Notes under the pieces: generated by a model
The model's database searches: none
Seen by the model: the letters and a program-made list of their open reading frames with translations, nothing else
Told to the model about the DNA's origin: nothing
Shown: positions 1 through 15,828 of the stretch, in pieces
Numbering within the stretch: the first letter of the stretch is position 1
How the letters are laid out: the number at the start of each line of letters is the position of its first letter
Program-made: the position numbers and the translations under genes
NCBI GenBank assembly: GCA_951406725.2
Contig: OX597816.1
Coordinates: 125,550,001 to 125,614,000, forward strand
Source of the DNA: Octopus vulgaris
Taxonomy: Eukaryota
Direction: 5' to 3'
DNA: 64,000 nucleotides

Positions 1-1037
1 TCCTATTGATTAATATATATTTGTCACTTGTAAAACCATTATCGTATAATCACTGATTGTTGCACATTATGGATGGAAATGTGGGATGAAAAGTTGCTGT
101 CAACTTGCTGAATGGTATTTAGCTGAGATATAAAACATAATCGCAACTTGTCATCTATGATTGAACATATTAATCTTATTGCAATATCTAAAGTTTTACT
201 GAGTCACAGTTATTTCTTAATATCCATGATAGTATTAGCTATCTATATATTTGCATGTCTGTCGCTTTCAAGCAAATTTTTTGTGAAATTTCAGTTTAAA
301 GCAAGAATTGTTATAATTAATAGAGATGTTGCGTTTTAGAGAATCGCACTACTTTAGCTGCAAAATACTGAATCAATAACACCATTCAACTGTTGTACTT
401 GACCTGTCACTTCACCTATCGCATTAAATAGAAATCTCATGACAAAATCTCATACCTGGATCATTGACTAAATACAAACGGTAACGTGAAGCATTCGATT
501 AAAGATTAGGAACAAACACAAAATGCTTGTTTTTATATATTAGCCGTTATACACTATATACATTCTATGTTTATACGAGAGAAATTTACAACAAAGGATA
601 ATTTCAGAATCCAGAAGCCTGAATTTTTTTTTTTTTTTTTGTTTTGCTTACGAGTTAACCGCATTTCTTAATGTCTTGTGTTTATGGCTGTCCATTCTAT
701 GTGTTCGATGATCATGGGTAAAAGATCAGTCCATATTCTATACATCCAACTAGAAATTTTCTCTTCTCAGATACGTTGTGGACAACATTTTGATTTGGTT
801 AAAAGATAATGGATGTTGTGGGTTCAAAGATTTCTTTTTGTTGTTTTATTCAAATATCATTGTATCTTAGATTCTAAATAGATACCTCATTCTTATTATA
901 TTTTAGTGCACATAGGGTTAAACATTGAAATTTGTGTCATTTGAAAAACAGATCAATGAGTTGCAAGACAAACACTAAGCTATAGGAATAAATTTTCACT
1001 ATGTACATCATATACAAATTTATTAAACTCATATATA

Positions 1038-1073
<36 letters not shown>

Positions 1074-1120
1074 TGTATGTATGTATATACATGTATGTAT
1101 ATATTATATTATTATTGAAA

Positions 1121-3291
<2,171 letters not shown>

Positions 3292-3418
3292 TAAAACAGT
3301 TTGATTCGGTCTCATGCAACTTAAAGTTTCGTAGGCTTGTTACAAGAGCATAGTTTGCTGAGCACAGGTGACCGAATACACATACAAGCACACACACACA
3401 CACACATACGCATTTATA

Positions 3419-4682
3419 CGAGGGGTGTCCAAAATACTCGGGAATTTTTTCCATAATATTTTATTCACTTAATTTTACATGTTTACACTTTTATCGCCTT
3501 CAAATTATTCTCAATTTAAAGCAATGTATCGGTCCAGTCACGTTTTCTGCTATTCAATGCTACGCTAGGACTCTTACGAATCGATTCCTTTTAACACCTC
3601 TGTCGTTTTTCTTCCCCTCTTCCACATCTGCAAAACGTTTTCCTTTAAGGACTTTTTTCATTCGGGGGAACAAATAAAAGTCACCGGGGGCAATATCGGT
3701 TGAATTGAGAAGGTGGGTAAACAGGGTCGTAATATGTTTGGTCAAGAATTGTCTCACACTCAAGTCAGTGTGTGCAGGCGCAATGCCGTGATGAAACTAC
3801 CAATCTTCCCTTTGCCACAGGTCGGAGAGTTTTCGTCTCACTACGCTCCGCAAACCCTTCAGAACTGCCAAGTAAAATGTCCGGTTAACAGTTTGACCAG
3901 GAGGAGGAAATTCTGTGCGAACACGTTCCTTTCGCATCGATAAAACAAATCAGCGTCGTCTTAACATTAGACTTCACTTGACGCGCTTTTTGAGGGTGTG
4001 GTAACATTGAATGCTTCCATTTACTTCATTGCTGCTTTGTTTACTGGTCCTACCGTAGCACCAGCTTTCATCATCAGTGCCGACCTTGGAAAAACGTTTA
4101 GATCAACTTTTAACTGTTCTGTCAGTCCATGACACGTATTCAGTCGTGATTGCTTTTGCTTTTCAGTGAGCAAGTGAGACACAAACTTTGCTGTAACTCT
4201 TTTCATTCGCAATTCTTCGCTCAAATTTCGTGTTAAATGTCCCTACAACATCAGTTTACAAATTTTCATGATGTTGTTATTCATTCGGGATGTTCACGGT
4301 TGCCCTGAACGAGGTTGGTCTTCAAGAGACAAATGACTATTCTTAAAGCAGGAATACCACTCATAAACATCTTATAGCTCATGGCAGCGTCCTAATAGGC
4401 TGCTTGAAAACATGACAACTGTTTCGGCCGCCATTTGCCCCAGCATAAAGCAGAATTTCATGGAAGCACACTGTACCTTCGTTTCAATCATCGCAAAAAT
4501 AGACGAACAAAGTAGAAGCACTGCAAAACCAAGCTGCACGACGTAGCAGTGCGACTGTGCACAACGAAGCCAGTTGGCAGGCTGATGCATGAGGGTTGAA
4601 TCAAGTTATTTCTATGGGGCGGAAGCCTGAAATACAAATGACTTATCCCACAGAGAACGTTTCCTGTTGCTTTTGAGTACCC

Positions 4683-4686
<4 letters not shown>
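3419..4686 (-). mobile_element. Tc1/mariner DNA transposon, decayed transposase
   Basis: fragments MKFCFMLG, EELRMKRVTAKFVSHLLT (WVPHxL motif), STDIAPGDFYLFPRMKKVLKGKRF (YSPDLAP-D motif); imperfect TIRs GAGGGGTGTCCAAAA / TTTTGAGTACCCCTC. Confidence 0.88.
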
Positions 4687-4740
<54 letters not shown>

Positions 4741-4780
4741 GTGTGTGTTTGTGTGTATTTATATATATGTATGTACAATT

Positions 4781-4960
4781 GCAGCGTGGAAGGTTGTTTA
4801 TAAGCCATTAAAAAATACTCAAAGACTGTTGGATTCACTTCAACTTTTAAATTTAATTTGCCAAAATATTTTCGTCGCTTTGCGACCGCGACCTGATCAC
4901 TGGCAAAATTCCGTGCTGCATATTTTGGCAAATTTATATTTAAATGTTGAAGTGAATCTA
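4781..4960. mobile_element. fold-back non-autonomous Penelope-like element between (TA)n tracts
   Basis: inverted arms 4832-4869 / 4920-4958; overlaps a hammerhead-like motif. Confidence 0.65.
4855..4910 (-). ncRNA. hammerhead-ribozyme-like motif (type I, G3-C8 variant core)
   Basis: minus strand: UUUGCCA-GUGAUCA-G-GUCGC..GCGAC-GAAA-AUAU-U-U-UGGCAAA; stems I and II pair, stem III is the palindrome AAUAUU. Confidence 0.6.
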
Positions 4961-4993
4961 CATATATATATACAGTTATCAATTTGTGTTGCA

Positions 4994-5047
<54 letters not shown>

Positions 5048-5114
5048 GTGCGTGTGCACGTGTGTGTGTGCTTGTCTATATACATTTATATATCCATCCA
5101 TTCATATGTATATG

Positions 5115-5161
<47 letters not shown>

Positions 5162-5633
5162 CATGTGTATGTGTGTATGTGTATACGCAAGTAGAGTGAG
5201 AAAGAGTACTCAACACCGCATTGATAGGTAAATATATTTTCTTTATTTTTCGGTTATCGAAGCTACCAATGGTTGCATGTAAAGAAGATGCTCTTAACAA
5301 TTCTCAAGTCTGCTACAGACAAACGTTGGTATACATTTGCATTTTGGATGTGAATTCACAAAGATACGTGAGGCTGTACGGGATTTCGAGATAAATAGAT
5401 ATACAGAGCAGGAGAGATAGCATATAAAAGAATATTAATTGCTGATCCCTTGCATTATAACTGAGATATTTCTAAGGGATTGCGTTCACGACGGAATGAT
5501 TAATTCCTTAATAATTTTATATGAGAATACTCGTGCGTGCCCAAATTTATAAATAGAAATACACACGAATATGCATATACACATCCATACAAAATATGTA
5601 CACAAATAGGCACCACACAGACTCAAACACACA

Positions 5634-5719
<86 letters not shown>

Positions 5720-5989
5720 CATATTTGAATATATATACACACATACCCGCCTGCATATATATTTTGTTTGTGCTTGAGTATGTGCATATTACTGTGGAGT
5801 TTCATAGATTTCACCACCAAACTTTGTCTATGAGGTTGCAAATTCATAAGTTCACGTCCATATGTATTTTTTGTGAATTATATGACGTCATGAATATGTG
5901 CAACTCAATATATCTGGCTAATGAGGGACATCAGCACAGGTTTCCGTTTTTTATGCATAATTTTCATATAATACATATAATTAATGTCC

Positions 5990-6760
5990 ATAGAAAAACT
6001 TGTATTATCCAAGATTGCTTGGGTCTTCATTATTACTTCATTGGAGAAGCATATCTTAAATCTTCTGAATACCATACAATTTCTAACAGACACAGTGAAA
6101 TTACCGAAACAACATCTTATAATTTAGAATAAAGATAGAAATAAGCCTTCAAATAATGATTGCAATAGTAAAGAAGAAAGTAACCAAGCCCGTCCAAATG
6201 ATTCTGATAAAAATAATATAGGCGATGGCAAAAATAATACGAGTAATGATAGAACGTCTGAAAATCCTAATAATTGTAATACTAGAAACAGCAACAAGGA
6301 TAGTAATGAAGGGTATATGAAGAGCACTAATAATAAATATGTATACACTAAAAGAAAAATTAGAAAGAGAGTAAAGGTTGTTACATATTAGAAAACCATG
6401 TGGTAAAGGACTAGTTGTAAAGACATAAACGCATGTCTTCTGGGAATGAATGCCTTCGAAAGAGCGTTACATACAAATGTACAGTTAGAACGCTAGCAGA
6501 TACACTTGTATGTATTGGTACAATCGCCAATTGCTTCGAACATCTATATCGGAACCACATTCCATCGTTTGAAAACATTAATAAGAAACACTGCACATCA
6601 CTCTCTGACCTAGTCTGAAAACTTCAGGAAGGAAAAAGTGCAATACAACATTACATGGATGCTAATAAAAATACGCATATCCGTACAATACGTTCTCAAG
6701 ACCATGCAATCTCTGCTCCTAGGAAACGCTATACATTTTAATGTGTATAGATAGGCTGTT
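5990..6760 (+). pseudogene. decayed Penelope-like retroelement: RT C-terminus, Asn-rich linker and GIY-YIG endonuclease
   Basis: KSSEYHTISNRH (cf. HKIFNRxT), CKDINACLLG/NECLRKSVTYKCTV, CIGTIANCF..YRNHIPSF, TSLSDLV*KL, CNLCS*ETLYIL; frameshifts and stops. Confidence 0.75.
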
Positions 6761-6949
6761 GAATAGGTGCTCTGAAAAATGTATTTGCAACCACAGGCTG
6801 AAATGGTCATTTTCGCAATTTTGCAAATACTAATAGTTTTTGAAACTCTAGTGATACAATATACTGTCATCTTTCTTTATCATATAGTATGTATTTATCT
6901 CAAGCTTTTAAAAAGTAGCTAAATGCATATAGGAAGAATATATCAGTTC

Positions 6950-7095
<146 letters not shown>

Positions 7096-7520
7096 TATAT
7101 ACATTGCCTTCTATGTGGGCAGACATCGGCTAAAAATGTTTATTAGAAGCTTGTGTCCATATATAAATGGATGGATGTGGGTATATTCTGTTTTACACAA
7201 ATATCTGTATATTATATTATATTTCATTTTATTTCACTTTTTCATATTGTATTATCTATTTCTGTCTTTTTTTATAAATGGTTAGAATATATATATTTAA
7301 GAAGTATATATATGTGCGTATACAAATAAGCATGTACAGATATTTTTATTTTACTATTATTTGTCTTTATAAATCGTATGTAAGTATATATAAAAGGTAT
7401 ATATAAAAGGTGTGTATGTGTGCATATGAATATATGTGTGTATGCTTATGCGTGTGTGTGCGTGTGTGTGTGTGGTATATATCTATATTCTTTTATTCTT
7501 TTACTTGTTTCAGTCATTTT

Positions 7521-7557
<37 letters not shown>

Positions 7558-7594
7558 GAGAGAGAGAAAAGAGAAAGATAGATAGATATACACG

Positions 7595-7641
<47 letters not shown>

Positions 7642-8830
7642 ATATATACGTACATATTTCGCTTTTTTACTGGCTCTATAATGTTAAGAATGTAAGGTAT
7701 GTTGATATGTGTGTGTGTGCATGTATAGATGGAAACGTGTGTGGATTTTCGTATGCACAACACGTGTGTATATATACATGTGTGGATATATAACAATATA
7801 CACGTTACGTTGTAGGAGAGTATACCGAGGATTACGTACAGAGGATGTTTAAGGATGCCAAGTAACTTATATATTTTTAAATTATTTCAAACAGGCATAT
7901 AAAAACTGGATGGTAATAAATTAACTTCAAACAGAGGCAGATTTGATGCAGAATGCGGCCAGTTATTTCACCGCGAGAAACAGATGCTACTTTAGATCCT
8001 TCTCAAAAACAAAGAAATAGTTGATAAGTATTGAAATGGTCAGTTTTCACCACATTATCATTTTATTACCTCTAAATGCTTCTTCATTTTATTTATCATT
8101 CTGTTTAGAAGCTTCTTTCTTATAATCTGGCCATGAAGATAGAATATATGTAAAGTAATTTATAGAGAACCAGATCTTTTTTCAATTATTTCTTTTATCT
8201 TTTTTTTTTTATTAGAAAGGTATTTTGTCTCTCAGTATACCTATGGGTTTAGTTTTGTCTGTAAACTGTTTAAAATGATGTTAGGCTCTAACAAAGGACT
8301 TATTTAACCATTCCCTTGAGGAGGCACATTTTTTAAACCTTGGATGAATAATAATGATTACAGAACACTTTACCAATGTACTACAAGTGTAAAATGAGTC
8401 CAAAAAATGATAGTGAATTTAAACAGCGGTTGTCGTTTGTGCTATTTTCTATCATTTATCTATTTATTTAAACTCTGGGAATATTAAGGAATTCTTTATG
8501 CATATCCAGTAGCAGAAGCACTTTCACTGTATAATGATATCAGGTAGCCAATAACTGCGGGCGAGCTTTGTATAGAATTTTACAAGGTTTCTTTCTACAC
8601 AGAGCTTGTTTAATTCTGACATACACACACACGTAATTATAAATACATACATATATACATATTCACACAGGCTATCTCTGCTAGTTAATAAAAATAACAT
8701 AAAGGATAATAGAATTTTTCATTAACCAAAATAGTGCAAATTAAACAATTTTGAGTAAATGAACTATTCATTGGACGATATTTAAATTATCCGTGAATTT
8801 TTTTCAGGGGTCCAGCTAGTTATTAATATC

Positions 8831-8899
<69 letters not shown>

Positions 8900-8909
8900 G
8901 GTGGTGGTG

Positions 8910-8955
<46 letters not shown>

Positions 8956-8977
8956 CAGCAACAACAGCAGCAGAAGC

Positions 8978-9026
<49 letters not shown>

Positions 9027-9045
9027 ACAGCAGCAGCAGCTGCAG
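8831..9045. repeat. compound (TAG)n/(TGG)n/(CAG)n microsatellite
   Basis: direct reading. Confidence 0.95.
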
Positions 9046-9074
9046 TGCATATTTTATATGATATACATAGAAGG

Positions 9075-9420
9075 CCGCAAGTTGGCAGTATCATTGGATC
9101 ATCGGAAACGTTTCGTGGTGTTTCTTCCGGCTCTTTATGTTCGGAGTTAAATCCCGCTAAGATCAACTAATGTTGATAAAATAATGTACCAGTGATGTAC
9201 TGGAATCCATGATCCTGTCTAGCATCCCGTCATAAAAGTTATGCTTGAAATTATATATAAGCACAACATCACACGTTATGAGAACGCAGTGTAATCTATT
9301 CAGCTTCATTAGCCAATTATTTTTATTGACGCTGAATTGATGAAATTTGGCTGCGACGGAATTTGAATCTCAAAATGTAAAGAAGCATAAGTGCCACAAG
9401 GCAACGTCTTCGACATTCTG
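9075..9420. mobile_element. two decayed family-B SINE fragments in opposite orientation
   Basis: GAGTTAAATCCCGCTAAGATCAACT..GATAAAATAATGTACCAG (+) and GACGGAATTTGAA (-) match the 40258-41055 copies. Confidence 0.5.
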
Positions 9421-10551
9421 AGTCTCGTGTGAATTACAGCTTTTGTGAGATATATAATTTTATCATTTCGAAATTCCTTGATTATCAAAAAACAATAATT
9501 ATTTCTTCATTTCCCATTTCAGACGCGCAAGTAGAATATCACGTCATTCAAATACTACTCTCATTAAATGAAACGTATCTAGGAATTATAGTGAAACTTT
9601 TACTTGATAGGGAACAAGTTCAATGTGTTCCTTTCATCTGGTAAGGGAAGTAAAGATTTTCTATTCATAATTTGAATTCTTGTCAATCATTTATACACTC
9701 TGTATGAATTCCACAGCTGCTGAAGTATTTCATTTCGGTTCGTTTAATGATTCACTACTTAAATAAGAATTCTACTTTAGCGCCATCATACTGGTATTTG
9801 CAGATGTGATAATCATAAGGCTAAAAAATCTGTGTCATTAATTAAAGAGGAAATGATTGCATGATATTAGAAATTTACTAAATATTGAGATAGATATTAT
9901 GGTTTATTCGGAACCAAATGCAATTATAAGATAATAGCATTTGGTTCTCAATTCAACTGAAAAGACTTAAATCAAACATGCATAAGGACGGCGTAAATCT
10001 TAGAGATTTTGTTTTAGTTGTGTAAACGCTGCATTCTAACCTCCATTGGGACAACCATAGCATTAAATGTAGCATTTGATATTGGAACAGTATAGAATAC
10101 AATATTCTAATAATAGTTTTGATTAGATTATTACGTTGCGAGAAGTAAGAATATCAATACATTGTCAGCTGACAATTTATGCAGTGCACACTTCAGTGTA
10201 GTCGTTAATTTGTGTCCAGAGTAATTGCAAAATCATTTGGTTAAAAACGTTTAATTACCACATTTTCACTAAGAGACAAAGGAGAAACTGATTTCTTCGT
10301 ATCTTAATACACATGTTATAATTTTCAAAAGTTGGCAAATGAAATAGCTGATTCTAAATGTTAATCTCAGAGTATTAGAACCTTTAAACTTAACCTAATG
10401 ATTTATCTCGGTGTCTCATAAAACACTGAAATATTGTAGCCGGGAGAATGTATGTATAAATATTGAGTGACAAAACATTAAATTTAGTTGCAACAGGTAA
10501 AATATAGGTTTGTAACCAATCAAATCAAATCAACCACTGTATCGTGTATAC

Positions 10552-10582
<31 letters not shown>

Positions 10583-12654
10583 TATTATATCTAACTAAAA
10601 GAACGGAAAAGTTTAGTCATACCCAGAAGTATTTGAAATGGAAGGACGTTATTAAACACAACGAAATATTTGCTGCTGTACATTGTCGTCTTTGTGACAA
10701 ATATGAATCAATTACGTAAGCAATTTTATTTCGTTAACCTTAGAAAGCAGCGTGGCTATAGCCACCGATTCCTCTAAGGCGTTTTCATCCTTTGAATCGT
10801 CTACATTTACTTTTTATATTTAAGACAACTGATAATAGTCTATGATACTGAGTAAAATGCTATATTCCATTCTGTTAAAACTTTGTAGCTGCATTCACTA
10901 CGAAATATTGATTCTATTTTTACAAATAGAAATAAACTTTTGCGCACGTGGTGTGTATATTTACTACCGTTATTTATGGATAATTAGTGCGTGCGAATGT
11001 GTGTAGTTTTTATGATACAGAAGTAGACCGTAATATATATTACAGCTTTATTTTATGAAATATATTACATTTTTCATAACAATTTGTTTATTATCATCAT
11101 GAATTTTTTTATGAATATTTTTGTATTTCATGTTTTACTTATTTACTACGAGCGCCAAACATGGATTTTATTACGCTACAGTATTTTTTGTTTTCCTATG
11201 CGTTTCATTCTACATCGCAAGATAATTTTCGTTTCAATTGTTCTGAATTATATTATTCGATCCATGTTTTCATTTTATTTTAGAATACTCTTTTCTTCTT
11301 CCATTCATATTGCTTTATCTACTTTATCCTTTATTTTGTTCTTCTTTCTATTCAGCCTCTTCATTACATTATTTGCTATCACACACTTTCCTTACATCTT
11401 GCCTATCGATTCTATTTTCAACTCTCCCTCTTTCTCCGTTTGATTCTCTGAATTTCTCTCTATATCTATGTCTCCTTTAATTTTCTTTAACTAGCTCCTG
11501 CATTTATTCGCTATCTATTTTTATCCAGATTCTTTTAAATTTTATATCACAATTTAAATTTGTCTATCACTCAACGAATTATCTTCCACCTCTGTTTAGT
11601 TTCTGTCACACATTCTTACTCACCCTCAGAACCTATCTTTATATCCCTGTATCTTGCTTCTTTCATTTGCACATTGTTAGCATTCTATTCTACCTTAGCC
11701 TGTTTCTATTTCTATATTCAGCTTCATCTTATTTTTTATCACCTTCATCTTTCAATGTCTCTCAAACTCCATTTCTGTTGCAATTCTTCTTTTCATTTCT
11801 TCTTTTCTTTCACTTACAGCTCTTCCTTTTCTTTCTACCATTGTTCACATGAAGCTTTCTAACATAACATTTGACCTTTCTGGTATCACTGTCTTGGACA
11901 TCATCTTATCAACTAGTTTTGCTTGTTAAGTGCCATCTGCTGTCCAATATTTCATCTTGTTTGTGTGCATTTTTTCATATAAAATGTCTTGAATGTCCAT
12001 TTCTTAGAAATGTTGCAATTAAATATTTCCTTTCAACCTTGTGTATCTTCGATGCCAACATTGATTTCATTTACGATATGTACCTCTTCTATATAATGAC
12101 AGCTATTTATTCGCTTTCATTTCTACTTTTTTGACTCATTGCAAGTATGAGATTCGCATTTCAGGTAGAATCCAACATCTATTGATTTCTGCTGTATAGA
12201 TGCTGTGAATATTCATTCTGCACATTATAACTGGACATTTAAGGATAGAAATTCGTTATTTTTGTTTCTCTCTTTGTGCAACAAACGAAATCGATACCAT
12301 TTTCTTGTTTATATGGTCAACAATAATATAATATCTACTAGATGTTGCAACAATGCAAATGTGTTATTTCTGCACCAAAGCCCCACGAGAAGTTTCAATA
12401 CCTCTCAAATGCTCACTGGCCGCTAGTTTCTCTAGTAAATATGGCAACTTCTTATAAATGTACAACTACTACATAACTGGCTTTACACAATCCGACATTT
12501 AGGTAGTCCTTCAATTCTTTCAAAAGTCTACTCATTGAAACTGATTAAAATGGTTATACAACTTGATTTGGAGTTATTAGTCCTTATTATTGAACTGTAA
12601 AGAGACTTTGTTTTTATAATTTCAAAAGAATCGTCGATAAATAATTTGATATTT

Positions 12655-14700
12655 TTCTGTAGTCTAATTTTTATTGCTTGCTTTCACTTACTATTACACG
12701 CAGTTGTGTGTATATCGGATATGAGATACAGTGTTGTTGTTGTTGTTCTTCTTCTTCTTCTTCTTCTTCTTCTTCTTCTTCTTCTTCTTCTTCTTCTTCT
12801 TCTTCTTCTTCTTCTTCTTCTTCTTCTTCTTCTTCTTCTTCTTCTTCTTTATTGAAAGTACTCTTTGCATTGTTTCAGTGTGTATTGGTCCCATTTTCTG
12901 TACGTTGTGCGTATTCATAAGTACTAGGGTCTTGGTTATGTTTGATAATGATATGATAGGTCCCTATTATATGAATTCTTTCATGTTCTGACTCAGCATT
13001 CTATATCTCCAGATATTTATATTTTAACACTTTTTTTGTTTCATTGCGAGATAAATTATTGTCTTTTGAATTTAATAATTTGATGGAGCCACGATGGTTT
13101 TTCTAATATTTCTTGACAATATCCAGCGAATTAAGCTTAATTTCATTGTGATTGGTGTATCTTTATCTCCTGATACGTTTCGATTAATAACTCACCTTTT
13201 CAGCTGGCATTTCATAATGCCAGCATAAATTTTATTGAAGAAAAGTTTGTAGATGTATATTGTTTTACTGAGACTAAAAGGCCAGGGACAATTTCGTTAA
13301 TTGTTTCTTCCCAAATTTCTTGCCTGAATTTTTCAGTAAGTTTAGTAGGTTTTCTAACAGATTAATATAAAACGTTTTAAAGCCATCTACATAGATGAGG
13401 TTGTTCATAGTGTGTCCATAATATTTATAACTCTTTCTTGTTTGAATCAGAGCTTCGTAAAAAAAGAGAAATTATTGGAATGTTCTTCTCATTGTTACTA
13501 TAGGACTGGTTTTAATTATTTCCACCTTACTTTGTGATAATAGTCCAGAAATATTTGACATGTAATGTTTAATGAACTTTGTAAGTATATTGGTGAAGTT
13601 TTATTCATGCATAGTGTACTCAGAGCTTAAGTATATGACATACCATTAATATTTTTCAGTAATTAATCTAAGGCATCCTATGTTTTATTTCTTACTTTCT
13701 CTCTTCGTCTCTATCTCCCCTCTCTCTCCCTCTTTCTCTCTCTCTCTCTCCTCCTCTTTCTCTCTCTCTCCTCCTCTTTCTCTCTCTCTCTCCTCTTTCT
13801 CTCTCTCTCTCCTCCTCTTTCTCTCTCTTTCTTTCTATTGATGTCATTAATAACATCCCTTCTCAACTTTTCAACTTCTCTGATATGTTATTGCTCTTCG
13901 GGCGAGAAACCAACAAATAATGTGTGTGTATGTTAATAGCAAGAAAGTTATAGACCAATATGCTCGGGAGTTATTAAAACTTTTGTCTAGGAAATTGATG
14001 TGACTGTCTCAAACAGATATTCAAAGGCTGATTGTAGTCCTCTAACCAGTTCATTGTTTGATCACGTTGCATACTTATGAATAACCGTCTCAAATTGTTG
14101 ATCATGTTTTTCCAAATTACATTGCTCTTCTGAATGCATTACTGAGATATTATATATTATGGAGAACCACAATCGCAGTCGACACTATTATACTATTTCC
14201 GCTTCATTTCTGAACCATCTTATTTTTTAAAATACTTTTTTTCTTCCGTGTTTTTTATCCACCTGATCAAGCTTGAATTTTGGTTCATGCTGGTGTATTT
14301 TCTGCTATTTTTAATTAGTCTTTAAAAGACTTTTCATTTAAATACATTAGTTTCTCAACAGCGGTGTTCATGTTTATGGAAGACGTTTACTTAGCATATT
14401 TCATAATACTTCATTAAGCTTCTCTGTTGCTTTGAAAGTCTCCTCTGTTTAATTATTTACTATCTGCGCGATATATTCAGAATGAAGCCATTGTTTTGTT
14501 CTTTTTGTTACGTTTTGCTAAGTATCTTAACTTCAGGATGAGGATATTCTAGCAATAAGTTATTGCTACATCAACTCGAATATCCATCTCCATTTTTATT
14601 AAACTTAATTGTCGTTGTCTTACTACGAATTATCATTCATTTCTGTTTCATAGAGCTTTTGGTTTTGGGACTATTTGCTCCCAAATTAGCTATTTAGTTG
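12655..14700 (-). mobile_element. old, heavily decayed R4/Dong LINE related to the 52.3-kb family
   Basis: 12655-13020 resembles 3'UTR/C-terminus 52350-52650; 13380-13430 gives YKYYGHTMNNLIYVDGFK (cf. YKCYGKTISHLLYMDDLK); upper boundary approximate. Confidence 0.6.
12733..12850. repeat. (GTT)n-(CTT)n microsatellite
   Basis: direct reading. Confidence 0.95.
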
Positions 14701-15163
14701 AAGTCCAGAGATACTCTTAGACCAGGATTAACTTCTTTCTCAATCTGATTCAGTAATTGCAAAATAATTACTCTGCATCGACTTACGTCTGACTTTTTTT
14801 TTGCAGGTATTGATGAGCAAATTTCGACCATTTATTTGGTTTGTCATTATTGTCATGTGGTTGAATTATTTCTAGTAATATTGAATTATTTCTAGCAATA
14901 TTTTGTACTTTTATGCAAAATTTAAAATTACACATTATCCTTGTAAATCTTGGCCAAGTAATGTGGTCTTTAGTTGCATTTTTTAATATATTTTTATATG
15001 CAAGACTCGATCTTTCTGATTATGATACTCAATCATTCTGTTTGGATGCAGTTAATTGGCCATTAATATATAATAGATTATCAGCTGTTGATCTATGATG
15101 GTTAATCGACAGTTAAAAGAAGTACAATACATTTATATTAAGCAACAAATAGTATTATTATAA

Positions 15164-15570
15164 GGCACAGGAGTGGTTGTGTGGTAAGTAGCTTGCTTAC
15201 CAGCCACATGGTTCTGGGTTCATTCCCACTGCGTGGCACTTTGGGCAGGTGTCTTCTACTATAAACTCGGACCCACCAAAGCCTTGTGAGGGGATTTGGT
15301 AGACGGAAACTAAAAGAAGCCCGTCGTATATATGTATATATATGTATGTATGTGTGTATATATGTGTGTGCGTCTGTGCTTGTCCCCCTAACATCGCTTG
15401 ACAACCGATGCTGGTGTGCTTACGTACCCGTAACTTAGCGGTTCGGCAATAAAGAGCGATAGAATAAGTGCTAAGCTTCCAAAGAATAAGTCCTGAGGTC
15501 GATTTGCTCGACTAAAGGCGATGCTCCAGCATGGCCGCAGTCAAAGGACTGAAACAAGTAAAAGAGTAAA
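15164..15570 (+). mobile_element. tRNA-derived SINE, family A (internal TA/TG microsatellite, tail GAAACAAGTAAAAGAG)
   Basis: A-box-like TGGTTGTGTGG, B-box-like GGGTTCATTCCC; colinear with 36439-36810 and reverse copies. Confidence 0.9.
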
Positions 15571-15743
15571 CGATACACGTGTATTCTTCAGCTTTTTGCC
15601 ATCATTTATTTTCTTCTGAATCATTACAGTTCATCTTTGACCATCCATTCAGTTACAATTTCTTGGTGTACACAGCCTTTTGTTGATTAGCATGAAAATT
15701 CACCAAAACCTTGTACCAAAAACCTAGCTCTGGCCCAGCTGTG

Positions 15744-15828
<85 letters not shown>
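15744..15828. repeat. (TAG)n microsatellite
   Basis: direct reading. Confidence 0.95.

Noticed and set aside
6610-6620. In-frame TGA in the PLE endonuclease as selenocysteine
   Set aside because: falls at a conserved Trp position (TGG to TGA) in a copy with many other lesions
11084-12134. Hydrophobic Phe/Leu/Ser-rich ORFs as membrane proteins
   Set aside because: by-product of pyrimidine-rich low-complexity DNA; no motifs
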